Below the pieces are notes generated by a model, which did no database searches, was not told where the DNA came from, and worked only from the letters and a program-made list of their open reading frames with translations. A stretch of 64,000 bases of DNA from Octopus sinensis (lineage: Eukaryota): the NCBI RefSeq assembly GCF_006345805.1, contig NC_043012.1:12710001-12774000 (forward strand), written 5' to 3'. The translations under genes and the position numbers were made by a program. The stretch's first letter is position 1; the number at the start of each line of letters is the position of its first letter. Positions 25,843-37,898 of this stretch are shown here, piece by piece.

Positions 25843-26427
25843 GTAAGCGGTTTTCATAATACTTCATTCATTCCTACAGAATATGGATTTCACATGCCAC
25901 TTATTTTAAATCAAGTGGTGAGTTTTTCAATCTATTACCAAACCAGGTGATTGTTGATAATTTATCAAAGCAAGAATGACGAATCGTTTTAGAATTTTAA
26001 TTTAAGTCTGTTAACAAGATAAAACATGTTGCAATGAATGCAAATATTGAAAAAGTAATAAAATGGAAGAAACAAGCATTGTTAAAAGTAATTCCACATT
26101 TATTAACAACTGTTCAATAATAGCAGAATGATTTTTACAAATTTTGCCACTTAATGTCAGTAGTCAACCACTTTGATGCCCATCTCCCTGTTGACTTAAG
26201 AGCGATTCCATAAAATGTATATCAAACATAACATTGCTAAGTAGATTACATTCCAGAATATGAAAAAAATGCGAAATATACAAATATACACATTAAATGA
26301 AGAACCCATATCCCTATAACAGAACGCACGTATGACCGACACACACAGACACACACAGACACACACATATATATATATATGTATACATACATACACACCC
26401 ATATATGTATGTGTGTATGTGTATGTG

Positions 26428-26745
26428 TGAAGGAGTGTAGCTTATTGGTTAGGGCGTTCACCTCACGATTGTAAGATCATGAGTTCAATTCCCGACGACA
26501 CGTTCTGTCCTTGAGCAAGCCACTATATTTTCTGTTGCTTCAGTCCATTCAGCTGACAAAAGTGAGTAGTACCTCAATTTAAAATGGCCGGCCATGTCAC
26601 ACTTTGTGTCACGCTTAAACTCCTGAAACCTACGTTAAGGCTACACGTATCTGTGGAGTGCTCAGCCACTTACACGTAAATTTAACGAGCCACATTTCCG
26701 TTGATCGGAACAAGTGGAAGCCTCGTCGTCAAAACCAATGGAGTG
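26428..26745 (+). mobile_element. SINE family C, near full length
   Basis: tRNA-like head (tagcttattggttaggg...gagttcaattcccg), gtccttgagcaag CORE-like segment, body ending ctcgtcgtcaaaacc..ggagtgc. Confidence 0.85.
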
Positions 26746-26876
26746 CTACCATTATATATTATTATTTAAGTGAAAGGGATGCATCAATTTCCAAGTGTGT
26801 TTATCTTCAGATTTTTGATGGGACTCATTGCTCTATGTTGTTTTCTTCCTCTTCGTCGTAACCGACAGGTTGCTCC

Positions 26877-26954
<78 letters not shown>

Positions 26955-27607
26955 TATATAATTAGGGTTCAGCAACGATTTGCTTCACCACATACCGAAG
27001 TTTAGAAATAGCACTCAAAAAACCTTAGCTATTCCTTCTACTTTAAAATGAGTTCCCATAAAAACCAAAACACTTGAAAACAAACCACGCAGGCAAAAGG
27101 GAAAAATGACGAAAATCATTCTATATTAGGTTACCTACGGACGTACGTGTCGGAATTAAGTCAGTATAAAGCATAAATAGTAAATAATTATACCTTACCC
27201 GACTATTTTCGTCTCTTCAGCGTAGGATTCCTCAATTATAAATAATTGTATGTTAAATTTGAAGTCAGTGGAAAATATCCTTTCACCTAATTACAAAATC
27301 ATAAGTACTACTATTTTTAGAGATCTTTTGGTGAGTCCAGTCTTACCTAAGTACTAGTTTTCTTTTCTTATTGTGTATACACCAAAATACCCCTAAACAA
27401 AGATTAATACATACAGCTTACTTTTCTACTTTATTTATTTGCTCATTGACTTCAAGCTTTATGCTGTAAAATAGTATTATTCTAATTTATTAAGCCTATT
27501 CTTCATTCGTTTTCTCTGATCATGTTCTAATTACCAGATAGGATTTGCTCTAAAAGATGACAAATATTATTCTCATAATTTCCTTTTTTTCTAATTTAAG
27601 TTTATAT

Positions 27608-27674
<67 letters not shown>

Positions 27675-27854
27675 TATATGTATATATATATATATATATA
27701 TATACATACACACACACATATATATATATATACATTATATATACGTATATATGCATATATATACACATACAGATATACATATATACATATATACACACAT
27801 ATATATATACATACATATGTATATATATATATCAATATACATTTATATAAATAT

Positions 27855-27897
27855 ATCCTACAAAACTTTAACTTAACATACCTATAAAGGAATGTAC

Positions 27898-27934
<37 letters not shown>

Positions 27935-27978
27935 CGTACATTCCTATATAGGTATGTTAAGTTAAAGTTTTGTAGGAT
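27855..27978. repeat. 46-bp inverted repeat centred on a (TA)n tract
   Basis: atcctacaaaactttaacttaacatacctataaaggaatgtacgta versus its reverse complement at 27933-27978, one mismatch. Confidence 0.95.
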
Positions 27979-28034
27979 AAAATGAGTCTTGCTGAATGAT
28001 AATTAGGTTGTATGACAATTGGTCCGTATTGTAG

Positions 28035-28062
28035 GTTATGGAGGCATCTATTACAGAGAATG
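28035..28062 (+). CDS. Candidate 28-nt exon (LWRHLLQRM)
   Basis: ccgtattgtag|GTTATGGAGGCATCTATTACAGAGAATG|gtgagt; all three frames are open, the phase 2-to-0 reading joins both neighbours. Confidence 0.4.
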
Positions 28063-28467
28063 GTGAGTTAGTACAATTCCTTGCAGTTCATTCATGGTTT
28101 CAAAATTTAGTAATTATGTGTGTACGTTTAACTGAGTCGTCTTTAAGCGATAGGGACTCACAAAATTCGATTGTTCGTTGGAAGGTGTATGCTGGTGAAA
28201 AATGTGGAACTTGGTTGAAAACTTGTTGGTTTTGCTTCGATATTAAACATTTCGTTTTGACTGTTAAAACTTAAGATTTACACCACATTTCAAGCCATTG
28301 TAATTAGGTCAGTTTATGTTTTGTATCAGATTTTATGTAATGGCGTTTTTAAGGGTACGCAAACGAATATATGTTGGTGGCAAGTACTCTGTTTGCAGGG
28401 TCTTGTTACTTATGATTTTCAGCTGCCCTTCTTAAGAGATAAGCGCTGGTTATTAACTAAGAATGTT

Positions 28468-28876
28468 CTCTCTTTTACTCTTTTACTCTTTTACTTGTTT
28501 CAGTCATGTGACTGCGGCCATGCTGGATCACCGCCTTTTTTTAGTCGAGCAAATCGACCCCGGGACTTATTCTTTGTAAGCCCAGTATTTATTCTATCGG
28601 TCTCTTTTGCCGAACCGCTAAGTGACGGGGACGTAAACACACCAGCATCTGTTGTCAAGCAATGCTAGGGGGACAAACACACACACACATACATATATAT
28701 ATATACATACATATATACGACAGGCTTCTTTCAGTTTCCATCTACCAAATCCACTCACAAGGCATTGGTCGGCCCGGGGCTATAGCAGAAGACATTTGCC
28801 CAAGATGCCACGCAGTGGGACTGAACCCGGAACCATGTGGTTGGTTAGCAAGCTACTTACCACACAGCCACTCCTG
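28468..28876 (-). mobile_element. SINE family A, full length (tRNA head, CORE-like cttgggcaa segment, internal microsatellite, ttttactc tail)
   Basis: Complete head-to-tail copy, highly similar to 32294-32717 and 53215-53681. Confidence 0.92.
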
Positions 28877-29051
28877 TTCTGTTTGTATTCGCATAGGATA
28901 TTTGTTAATTTTTACAAATGGATATAGGAAGGCGCGAAAGATATTGGTCAATATATTTATCTCTAGGTGCAAATAGTAATCTTGTGAAAGAATGAATTTG
29001 CAAATGATAAAATTGATCATTGCTTTACTTAAAATTAATACTAAATGTTCA

Positions 29052-29324
29052 TTTGTGTCTGGGGAGAGTCATTTTCTTTTTGTGCCTTATAATATAACAC
29101 ACTCACCGGTAAAATTTCCACTTTTTTCTTATTTTTATTTTCTTAAAATTTTCGTTGCGTCTTGCAAACTTTTCAATAGTTTTGAAAATAGAGTCAAAAA
29201 TTTTGAAAAGTTTGCAAGACGCAACGAAAAGTTTAAGAAAAGAAGATAAGAAAACAGTGGATATTTTAGCGGTGAGTGTGTTATATTATAAGGAACAAAA
29301 AGAAATGACTCTCCCCAGACACAA
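29052..29324. mobile_element. Fold-back MITE-like element, arms of about 124 bp and 26-nt loop
   Basis: 29052-29176 is the near reverse complement of 29203-29324; the inner 26 bp are perfect. Confidence 0.9.
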
Positions 29325-29695
29325 CAGAATATGCTTCAACACACGAACTCATATAAAGAATCTTGCAAAACAAATCCAAAAACTAAATGTTCATTAATCC
29401 ATCAATCGCAATCCCAAATGTTACCTCAAAGGTATATACTTACCAACATATTTCGTTAATAAAAATTTCAGAAAGAATGTTCTAAGAATTTTGAAAACGT
29501 AATGCTTCTGCATTGAAAAGAGAACACTTAACTAATCACACGAGTCAATATTATGTAATACCTAATTAAAATATATTTCGGCTACATTTACCCTGTTGCA
29601 ACCATACTTTAGATACGTAATACAAACAATTGTTATAACACGTATATTAATTAACTCTACTTATTTTCCACCTGTCTTTTGTTTATGCACATCAG

Positions 29696-29733
29696 AAACT
29701 GGATGAAGACACAATAAATACAATTTGTAATAG
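29696..29733 (+). CDS. Candidate 38-nt exon (KLDEDTINTICN-R)
   Basis: ctgtcttttgtttatgcacatcag|...TAATAG|gtgagt; only one frame is open. Confidence 0.45.
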
Positions 29734-30224
29734 GTGAGTTGTTGAGCTTATTATCTTTACATTTCTAAAGTACTTTAGTTTAGAGAATTCTAGATACAAT
29801 ATCATATCTGATACAATACATAGTTGATTCGAGAGCCGTGAGAGGTTCACGAGGAACGGCTTTGTCCTCATCGATATATATAATATTGCGATACTTCATG
29901 TTAATGATCGATATTTCACTGAAAGTTAAATTTCTTGCATCACTCCTAATTAAGGATTAGAATCCTGTTTTCGCCCGCGCAGTGTATCTTTGCATTTTGT
30001 TTACCTATGTGTGTTTATTTGTGTGTGATTATGTGTATGAATATGAACAAAAACGAATTTTGTAGGCGGGCGAAATTTATAGCTCTCGTATGATACTACT
30101 ACTTACATTATCGACACTTACAGGCTTGCAGACCAAATCTAAATACTTAACCACATTTAATATCTCAAGAGCTATTAGCCGACTCAGCGCCCTCGTAACA
30201 CTGGTATACTGCTAGGCAGCCTTC

Positions 30225-30278
30225 ATCTTTCTTCTTCTTTTCTTCTTCTTCTTCTTCTTCTTCTTCTTCTCCTCCTCC

Positions 30279-30309
<31 letters not shown>

Positions 30310-30698
30310 CTTCTTCTTCTACTTCCTCTTCTTCTCCTTTTTTCTTCTTTGTCTCCTTCTTCTTCTACTTCTTTTTTCTTCTTCGTCTTCTTCTTCTACT
30401 TCTTCTTCTTCATTTTCTTCGTCTTCGTCATCATCTTCTTCTTCTTCTCCTCCTCCTCCTCATTCTTCTTCTTCTTCTTCTTCTCCTCCTTCTCCTCCTC
30501 ATTCTTCTTCTTCTTCTTCTTCTCCTCCTTCTCCTCCTCCTTCTTCTTATTCTTCTTCTACTACTATTTCTTCTTCTTCTTCTCCTCCTCCTTCTCCTCC
30601 TCCTTCTTCTTCTTCTTCTTCTACTACTATTTCTTCTTCTTCTTCTTCTTCTTCTTCTCCTTCTCCTTCTTCTCCTTCTTCTTCCTGTCTTTTTCTTT
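30225..30698. repeat. Long (TTC)n/(TCC)n polypyrimidine tract
   Basis: Directly visible; the poly-F/S ORF here is an artefact. Confidence 0.97.
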
Positions 30699-32293
30699 TA
30701 TGATCGATAAAGTAAGTACCATTAATATGATGAAAATCTATTTAATCTTCAGTAACTTCTAAAATATCTGGTCTTGTGTCATCGAGTAAAAATCAATATT
30801 CGGATTGCTTTCTCTACTTAGTTCTATATAATATTTCGATTTGTCCTGCTATGATCCCTCTCAAAATTCTGCTGTTATCGATATCTTCCTGTGACCGATC
30901 TAGAAAAACTGCTGTTATCAAACGTAAGTTCATCCAATCGACTTCCTTGCAAGAAATTGACCTCCTACGTAAGGAACAGAAATCAATTCCAATAATTTGG
31001 TGCTTGCCTCAAGGGCATCAGGAATATTTTACTTCATTACAATACAACGTTATTTATTTCAGAACGTAACTGCGAATTGGCAAGTTCTAAGGCAAGGAGA
31101 AGCATCTGCCGATTTGTATCTCAAGTTTGTTCTTTCAAATCTCATTTATAGTTATGAATATAATTAAACAAATAATATATGAATTTAAAACATTCGAAAT
31201 AACGTCAGGGCCCAAAAAATGTTTTCATTATAAATGAACAAGCCAATTAACTTATTCTATTCCATATGCGCCATTTCTAAAGTTTTCTTTTCGAAAGGAT
31301 TAAGAAAATGCTTTTATCTTTCCTGAAATTGGAAATAAAGAAATTCGTAATTGAATATTTTATTTTATCTCTTTGCTTAAATATATTCCATTCATTTGTA
31401 TGATTTCTATATTCATATTTGTAACATACTCAGTAAATTAACAAGGAATCTTCATGGGATTCAGTATATGTTCCGGTTTGCTCTAACTACATATCATTTG
31501 CAACAGGGATGTTCCTGTCTTATTTTGAAATCTAATAAAACCTTTTATTGGGTAAAATACATGACTTTATATGCATATACAAATACTGTTTCCCTTTTGT
31601 AAAGTTAGTAATAAATGTCAAAAATTCCGTAGTTAATTCCTCTTGATAAGGTTTGGATTCGTTATCGAAACTAATTTCACTTTCGCGTCTGAATTTGTTG
31701 AGAAAGAATTGCTGTTAGAATGTGTTATTACCAGTTTAATACGCTTTGAAGCTCTGAATATTCCAATGCAATTATACTTAACATAAGAAACAGTAACATT
31801 CAGCAGTGGACTGTAATTATACATGACATTGTGCAGATGGTTATATTTCATAAATTGTATGATACCCAGCAAGCGTGGCATGACAGAAAATGCTTTTTGC
31901 ATATTGGTACATCCCTGGCCAATAAACGAGGTACTTAAAATACTAATCCACATAGCTGAAAGCACCTACCATCGAAAGAAGCGACTCAAAGTTGCTGGGT
32001 GACATAAACCCCTAAAATTGTTGATTTTTTCTCAAACTAGATAAAGACACTGTATTTTTATTAACGACCGATAAATTAAGCAAAGCCGCTCCAAGTAAAT
32101 TAAGAATGCAAGAATAAGGAAACAGAAGTCAGGAAGGAACATGAAACCGTCGTCACTCATTCTGTAGTATTGCAACTTTCGAGATTAAACTTTATAAATT
32201 TATGTGAATTATTCCCTGGTCAATATAGATTTGAGTCGAATCGACGACCGATCACGCTAGGTTGCCTGATCGATTGGGGATCGACCATGAGAT

Positions 32294-32717
32294 ATACTCT
32301 TTACTCTTTATTACTCTTTTACTTGTTTCAGTCATTTGACTGCGGCCATGCTGGAGCCCGCCTTTAATCGAGCAACTCGACCCCGGGACTTATTCTTTTG
32401 TAAGCCCAGTACTTATTCTCTCGGTCTCTTTTGCCGAACCGCTAAGTGACGGGGATGTAAACACACCAGCATCAGTTGTCAAGCAATGCTAGGGGGACAA
32501 ACACAGACACAAACACTCACACACATACATATATATATATATATACATATATACGACGGGCTTCTTTCAGTTTCAGTCTACCAAATTCACTCACAAGGCT
32601 TTGGTCGGCCCGAGGCTATAGTAGAAGACACTTGCCCAAGGTGCCACGCAGTGGGACTGAACCCGAAACCATGTGGCTGGTAAACAAGCTACTCACCACA
32701 CACCCACTCCTGCGCCT
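32294..32717 (-). mobile_element. SINE family A, full length
   Basis: As for 28468-28876; ends ctcctgcgcct. Confidence 0.92.
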
Positions 32718-32835
32718 ATGCTGATTCGTCAATAATGTGTAGATGAACTCGACGCTTAATTCTTAATCTTTTTGCAACAGTGAAATCTTTGGCGTGGATT
32801 TTGACATTTCATACAAGATTTTTCTTTCTTTCAGA

Positions 32836-32859
32836 TACGGCTACACTGATTACACTAAG
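32836..32859 (+). CDS. Candidate 24-nt symmetric micro-exon (YGYTDYT-K)
   Basis: gatttttctttcttttcag|ATACGGCTACACTGATTACACTAA|gtatga; very strong acceptor. Confidence 0.4.
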
Positions 32860-34829
32860 TATGAGTGTGCATTGTTTACCAATCTCTACTATACCATTCG
32901 TGTGTGAAGTTGATATTTTTTCTGTGCCTGTGTAGTAGTTAAACTAAGCGTAATAACTTGTATTTGATAGTCTTTGGTCTTACTGGCCAGAAGAAAATCT
33001 TTACCATTAAATATCTTTCGTTTATCTAGACTTGAATGCAATTCATGCATGGTCGAGGTTGTTGAACAAATCTGTAACTAGAACATTTGTAGGATGCGTG
33101 TGTCACATAATCTGTAAATGAAACCGTGTAAATAAATTGAAGTGTGAGAAGACTGTATAGACACAAGTTTAAAAGACAAACTGGGACGGTGAGAGGTATC
33201 TCTGAACGTCAAAGAGAAAACAGCTGACAGATACAAGTTAGAAAGCCTAGAAGTCGGAGGTGAGTTATTTTGTGATTATTATTATATTTTGAACACACTA
33301 TGTATTATGTGATAACGAAAGGATACGATATTTTAATATGCGATCCAAAAGATGTATCGCACATGGTGAGACGTGAGTAATATTTCACCCAATTATCTTG
33401 ATTTAATTAAACAAAGCTAGAAAGAACTTGGATATCTGATAATCTAAGTTCTGGTAAATGTGAGAAGATAGGAAATGGATATAAATACCGTTATAAGTGA
33501 AATGGTAGCAAATAAAAACAACAAAATATGATATAGAATTGCATGATTGCGAAGTGATGGAATAATTTAATTATTATAAAAGAATTATTTGATAAAAATA
33601 ATATTAAGGAAGGTTTTTCACAAATTAAAAGACATAAACATGTCGAATTACAAACAGCATCAGCGACTTTTGTACTATTAGATTTTCTGAGGATACATGA
33701 AAAAATAAGATAGGATAACATAAGTACTTGTTTAGAAGAACACAAATAATTTCAAGCACGCATTATTGCAGCCAAAAATGGAAAAAAAATTGATAAGTTG
33801 AAGATATGAAATATTTATATGAACATGTGCTACATTCCATGCAAAAACGTGTAACTACGAAGTTTGAACGAAATTTGTAGGATTTTGCGAACATGGAAAA
33901 GCTTCTGCTAATTATTTAATAATAATACAAAACTGGAATGCTGCAATGTTATTATCAGTCCTAATATGCTTGATGCACGTTCGAACTGAGGAACAAGCTG
34001 CTAACTGCATTTCGTCACTGAGTATATTTCATGTTTGCTGAAAAATGATGTGTATGGACGTAGATCAGCGCGCAGCGCTATGTACCTAGCTGGTGAGATG
34101 ATTCCATTTCGGAGTATTTATCACCTCATCGGTCGCAGACACTAAGCTGACGACATTACGAACAGAATTAAGTGATTACCTCTCTTATGCTTTTCCGGTC
34201 AGCGCTATACGGCGGCTCACGGTAATAAATTACCGTGAGCGAGTGCCAAGTAATAATTTAAATTGCAATGTCGTTATCAACCTGAAAATGCTTATTCTCC
34301 AGGTCGAACGTGCCTCAAGCATATTCGGGCTAATAATAAGATTGCAATTTTACTGTAAAGACTGTTTCTGTAAAGACTGGAAAGTTTAATCGTGTAGTAC
34401 AGCAGTATTGTCGCTTGTCTATAACAAATGAGACCAGTACAGCACGGGAAACAATAGACGGTTGAGGAGCGGCTTGCTACTCCACCTACTCTGGTATGAA
34501 TAGTGTGGTTACTACATTTTTAGAAGGTCGCCTCCAGGTTACGAGCATCATATTGTATATCAATACCTGCATGTGGACTGAAATCGATGTATGTGCATAA
34601 CTATTTGTGTGTGTGCTCGCAAACACACTCTCCCTCACACACACACATTCACGCAGATACACACAATATCTAACTTTAAACTGACAACTATATTTCCAAC
34701 CTAGCATTTCTTCAGTCATTTCTCCACTCTCAAATACGAGGTTAAGCTAGAAAGCACACAGGCTTATTATGAAGGACTGATGTTATAGCAGTGATATCTT
34801 GCATGTATTTATTTCTATACACTTTATTA

Positions 34830-35965
34830 ATAACTGCCTTGTTGATTTGCAGGTAAACTGATATCTGATTGTTCAAAGAATTCAAGTGTAACTAGTATTG
34901 ATTTCTCTTGAAACTGGACAAACTTGGACATCGTAGAATCACAACACACCTGCATAAAAAACGCTCTATCCCCCAAGGATACTCTACTCATGCTGACAAA
35001 ACAGATACATTAGGGGGTGTTGTTCCAGCTTTATCAACAGAGCAAAAGTGAGCAACTGAATTTTGAAGGGGCAGAGACAATCTTGAAGATGGTCCAAGAT
35101 TTGGAATTTGTGCAATTGTCACAATCGAGGAATATATTGTCCGTGTTCACCACATAGTGATGTATGACAGGCGATTGGTTATAAATCCAATAACCACTGC
35201 TATTATATTCCATGATAGATTTGAGAATATTCCGCACGATGAACCTAACATGACGAAGGCTCCTGCTCAGTGAACTCTGTGTCTTCTGACACCTGATCAT
35301 TGAAGCTGTTTTTTTAACGTTTCCTAACCCAGTATGTTTGTTCCTTCTCGAGTCATGCCTGGCTCATAAGAGCCGGTTTCCCGGTTTCCTTGGCGTATAG
35401 GTTCCTCACCTGGACGGGATGCCGGCCCGTCGCAGGTGAGCTGCAAGATGCAGGAGGAAAGAGTGAGAGAAAGTTGTGGCGAAACAGTCAGCAGAAGTTC
35501 GCCGTTACCTTCTGCCGGAGTCGCGTGTAGCTTAGGTGTTTTGCTCAAACACATACATCGCCCAGTCTGAGATTCGAACCCGCGATTCCTCGACAGCGAG
35601 TCCACTGCTCTAACCACTAGGCCATGCGCCTCCACTACGCAGTATGAATGTTGCCTTTGTTTCTTTGAGCCAGAGACAAAGCGACAATCCATTAATTGGA
35701 ACCATCCATCTCCACCTACTCCATATAAGACCAAGATTTTCTCTGCTGCAGCGAAGATGATGCACTCTGGTTATTGGGTCACAAAAGGCGGTGTGTTTAT
35801 TGGCTATATTTAAAAGGCTCACATCTTCAATGGAGAGTATTGTAGCAACTTACTGAGGCTGTTACTGGCGAAAAGTGATCCTATTTCATCAGGACAATTC
35901 TCCAGCACACAAAGTTACTGTCCGTGATTATATATTTGAAGTGGTTGATCACCGTTCCTATTCTT
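34830..35965 (+). mobile_element. Degenerate mariner interrupted by a SINE
   Basis: Reads GRDNLEDGPR..., HIVMYDRRLVINPITT... before the insertion and FEPETKRQS..WNHPSPPTP, LFHQDNSPAHK after it. Confidence 0.82.
35322..35636 (-). mobile_element. SINE family D, full length, nested in mariner
   Basis: Minus: gtggaggcgcatggcctagtggttagagcagtggactc...gggttcgaatc (tRNA A and B boxes) then ctgcgacgggccggcatcccgtccagg...ggaaaccggg body. Confidence 0.88.
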
Positions 35966-36139
35966 GCTAAAGGTCACAACACGCCGTTAGGATTCGATCT
36001 AATAACCTTACGATCATTAGCCAAATAGGCGCCTTCACACGTGTGACAAGTTCTAATTAACCTCTGCACAAGTTTTGGCTTTCCCCACCTTTTAACATAA
36101 TTTTCATACATACATGAGTGCGTATCATGGTGCTTACAT

Positions 36140-36350
36140 AGGAGTGCTGAAAGGTTCTTGATATTCAGGGTATTACAAAAGACCTAGTTGGCGGCCCAAA
36201 CTTCCAAATTCTTTCACAAGTTATAGAAAAGCTGAAAGATTGCTGCAATAAGCGTGTGAATCTGAAAGGCAAATATGTTGAATAAAATCATAATTAAGTG
36301 ATCCTCCAGCAGTTTCAATTACCCAACGCCAGGACCTTTTCAGCACCATC
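36140..36350. mobile_element. Mariner-derived MITE
   Basis: Ends gagtgctgaaaggttcttg and ccaggaccttttcagcacc are inverted repeats; interior encodes a transposase C-terminal remnant (EKLKDCCNKRVNLKGKYVE*). Confidence 0.75.
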
Positions 36351-36393
36351 TGGTAAATAGGTACATATGCATTTATAGGTACATGTACATTTA

Positions 36394-36612
36394 AGGCGGC
36401 GAGCTGGCAGAATCGTTAGCACGCCGGGTGAAATGCGTAGCCGTATTTCGTCTGCCGTTACGTTCTGAGTTCGAATTCCGCCGAGGTCGACTTTGCCTTT
36501 CATCCTTTCGGGGTCGATAAATTAAGTACCAGTTATGCACTGGGGTCAATATAATCGACTTAATACCTTTGTCTGTCCTTGTTTGTCCCCTCTGCCTGTA
36601 GCTCCTTGTGGG
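36394..36612 (+). mobile_element. SINE family B, young full-length copy
   Basis: aggcggcgagctggcagaatcgttagc...gagttcgaattccgccgaggtcgactttgcctttcatcctttcggggtcgataaattaagtaccag. Confidence 0.92.
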
Positions 36613-37898
36613 TAGTAAAGAAATATGTACATATACATTTATACATATCTATCAATTTATGTATCAACTATATATATATATGTGCATTTTTATAGTATTT
36701 TATTTTCTTACGTTTTACGTTATCAGGGTTATCCTTTGTATTTCCTTACTATAGCGATTAAATACATACACTTACCAATACAGTCATGACTTACCGAATA
36801 CGGAGGTTTTTTCAAAACTATTTGAGACATGTGTGTGTGTTTGTGTGTATTTGTTATGTAGATAGTTATGTAAATGGAAAGATAGACAAGCAGATAGATA
36901 GATAGAAACATACATACATATATAATAAAGATATATTTTTCCAACACGGAAATACTGAACAGTATATATAAAGGATTATATACTTTTAAGAGCAGAAAAA
37001 AATTATCGGCAACCAGCTATGCGGATCGAACTCACATCCCTCTTTTATCGGTTAGAGTGCTCTACCCTTTAAGCAAAAACTGCCGACCAGCAGATTCTTC
37101 TGCAGTTTTAGAAGTTATAAAGTCAGCCAAAAACGCTAGATGTCATATAGGTTACATACATAAATTTAATTCACAATATATCGATTCAACTAATACGGTG
37201 TTATTAATAATCAGAAATTCGTTATTGCATCATTCTACAAAAAAAACATAGAATGTATAATACGATACAAAAGAAATAGCATCAAGAATGTAGAAGCTTA
37301 TAAATATAGAGGGAAATAACCTATGGTCAAATTTATTTTACCATTGTATATACTCAATAACAACTGAAATTTCACGGATTTTTGTTTATTTCTCTCTAAA
37401 CTCTCTTCCTTCGAAATTAAATCTAGGTGGCAGCAGTAACAGCTGCCAGTCAGATTCCCCTTTTATAACTCAAAAGCTTCTATTAGAATTACATTTTAAT
37501 TTAGGTCCCTTACTATCCTCCACATGATTGTATTTATAGAAAAATATTTCCATCCAATCTTATTTGCGTATCCTGTTCCCTCGTAATTCAACATGTTCGA
37601 CACCCACATAATTTCAAGTTAACCATTTCCCCATAATCACCACCTCCTACTCGCTCTTCCTGTTAACACTTCCGCCAATCTTTGTTTTACTCATTAACCT
37701 CTATCATCACCACACTACACTGTCCAGAGAACTGTTAGCATTGCACTCATACAATTATATTATTTCTAACACTATATTTTCTTGATCTTTTTAATGCTTT
37801 ATTTCTCTCTGATTTTCCGTCTTGTATATTCGCAGCACCAATTTCAAACTCTTAAGTCTAAAACAAAAGTCTGTCATCGTCGAAGAACATCAGATGTA

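Noticed and set aside
30349-30762. 137-aa Phe/Ser-rich ORF resembling a membrane protein
   Set aside because: Pure (TTC)n/(TCC)n repeat
31633-31965. 110-aa minus-strand ORF in non-microsatellite DNA
   Set aside because: No recognisable motif or convincing splice sites; may be an ancient transposase relic but cannot be supported
35560-35636. tRNA-like sequences with A and B boxes (also at 6788, 22186, 26428, 36394)
   Set aside because: They are SINE heads continuous with SINE bodies; no complete cloverleaf with acceptor stem is evident
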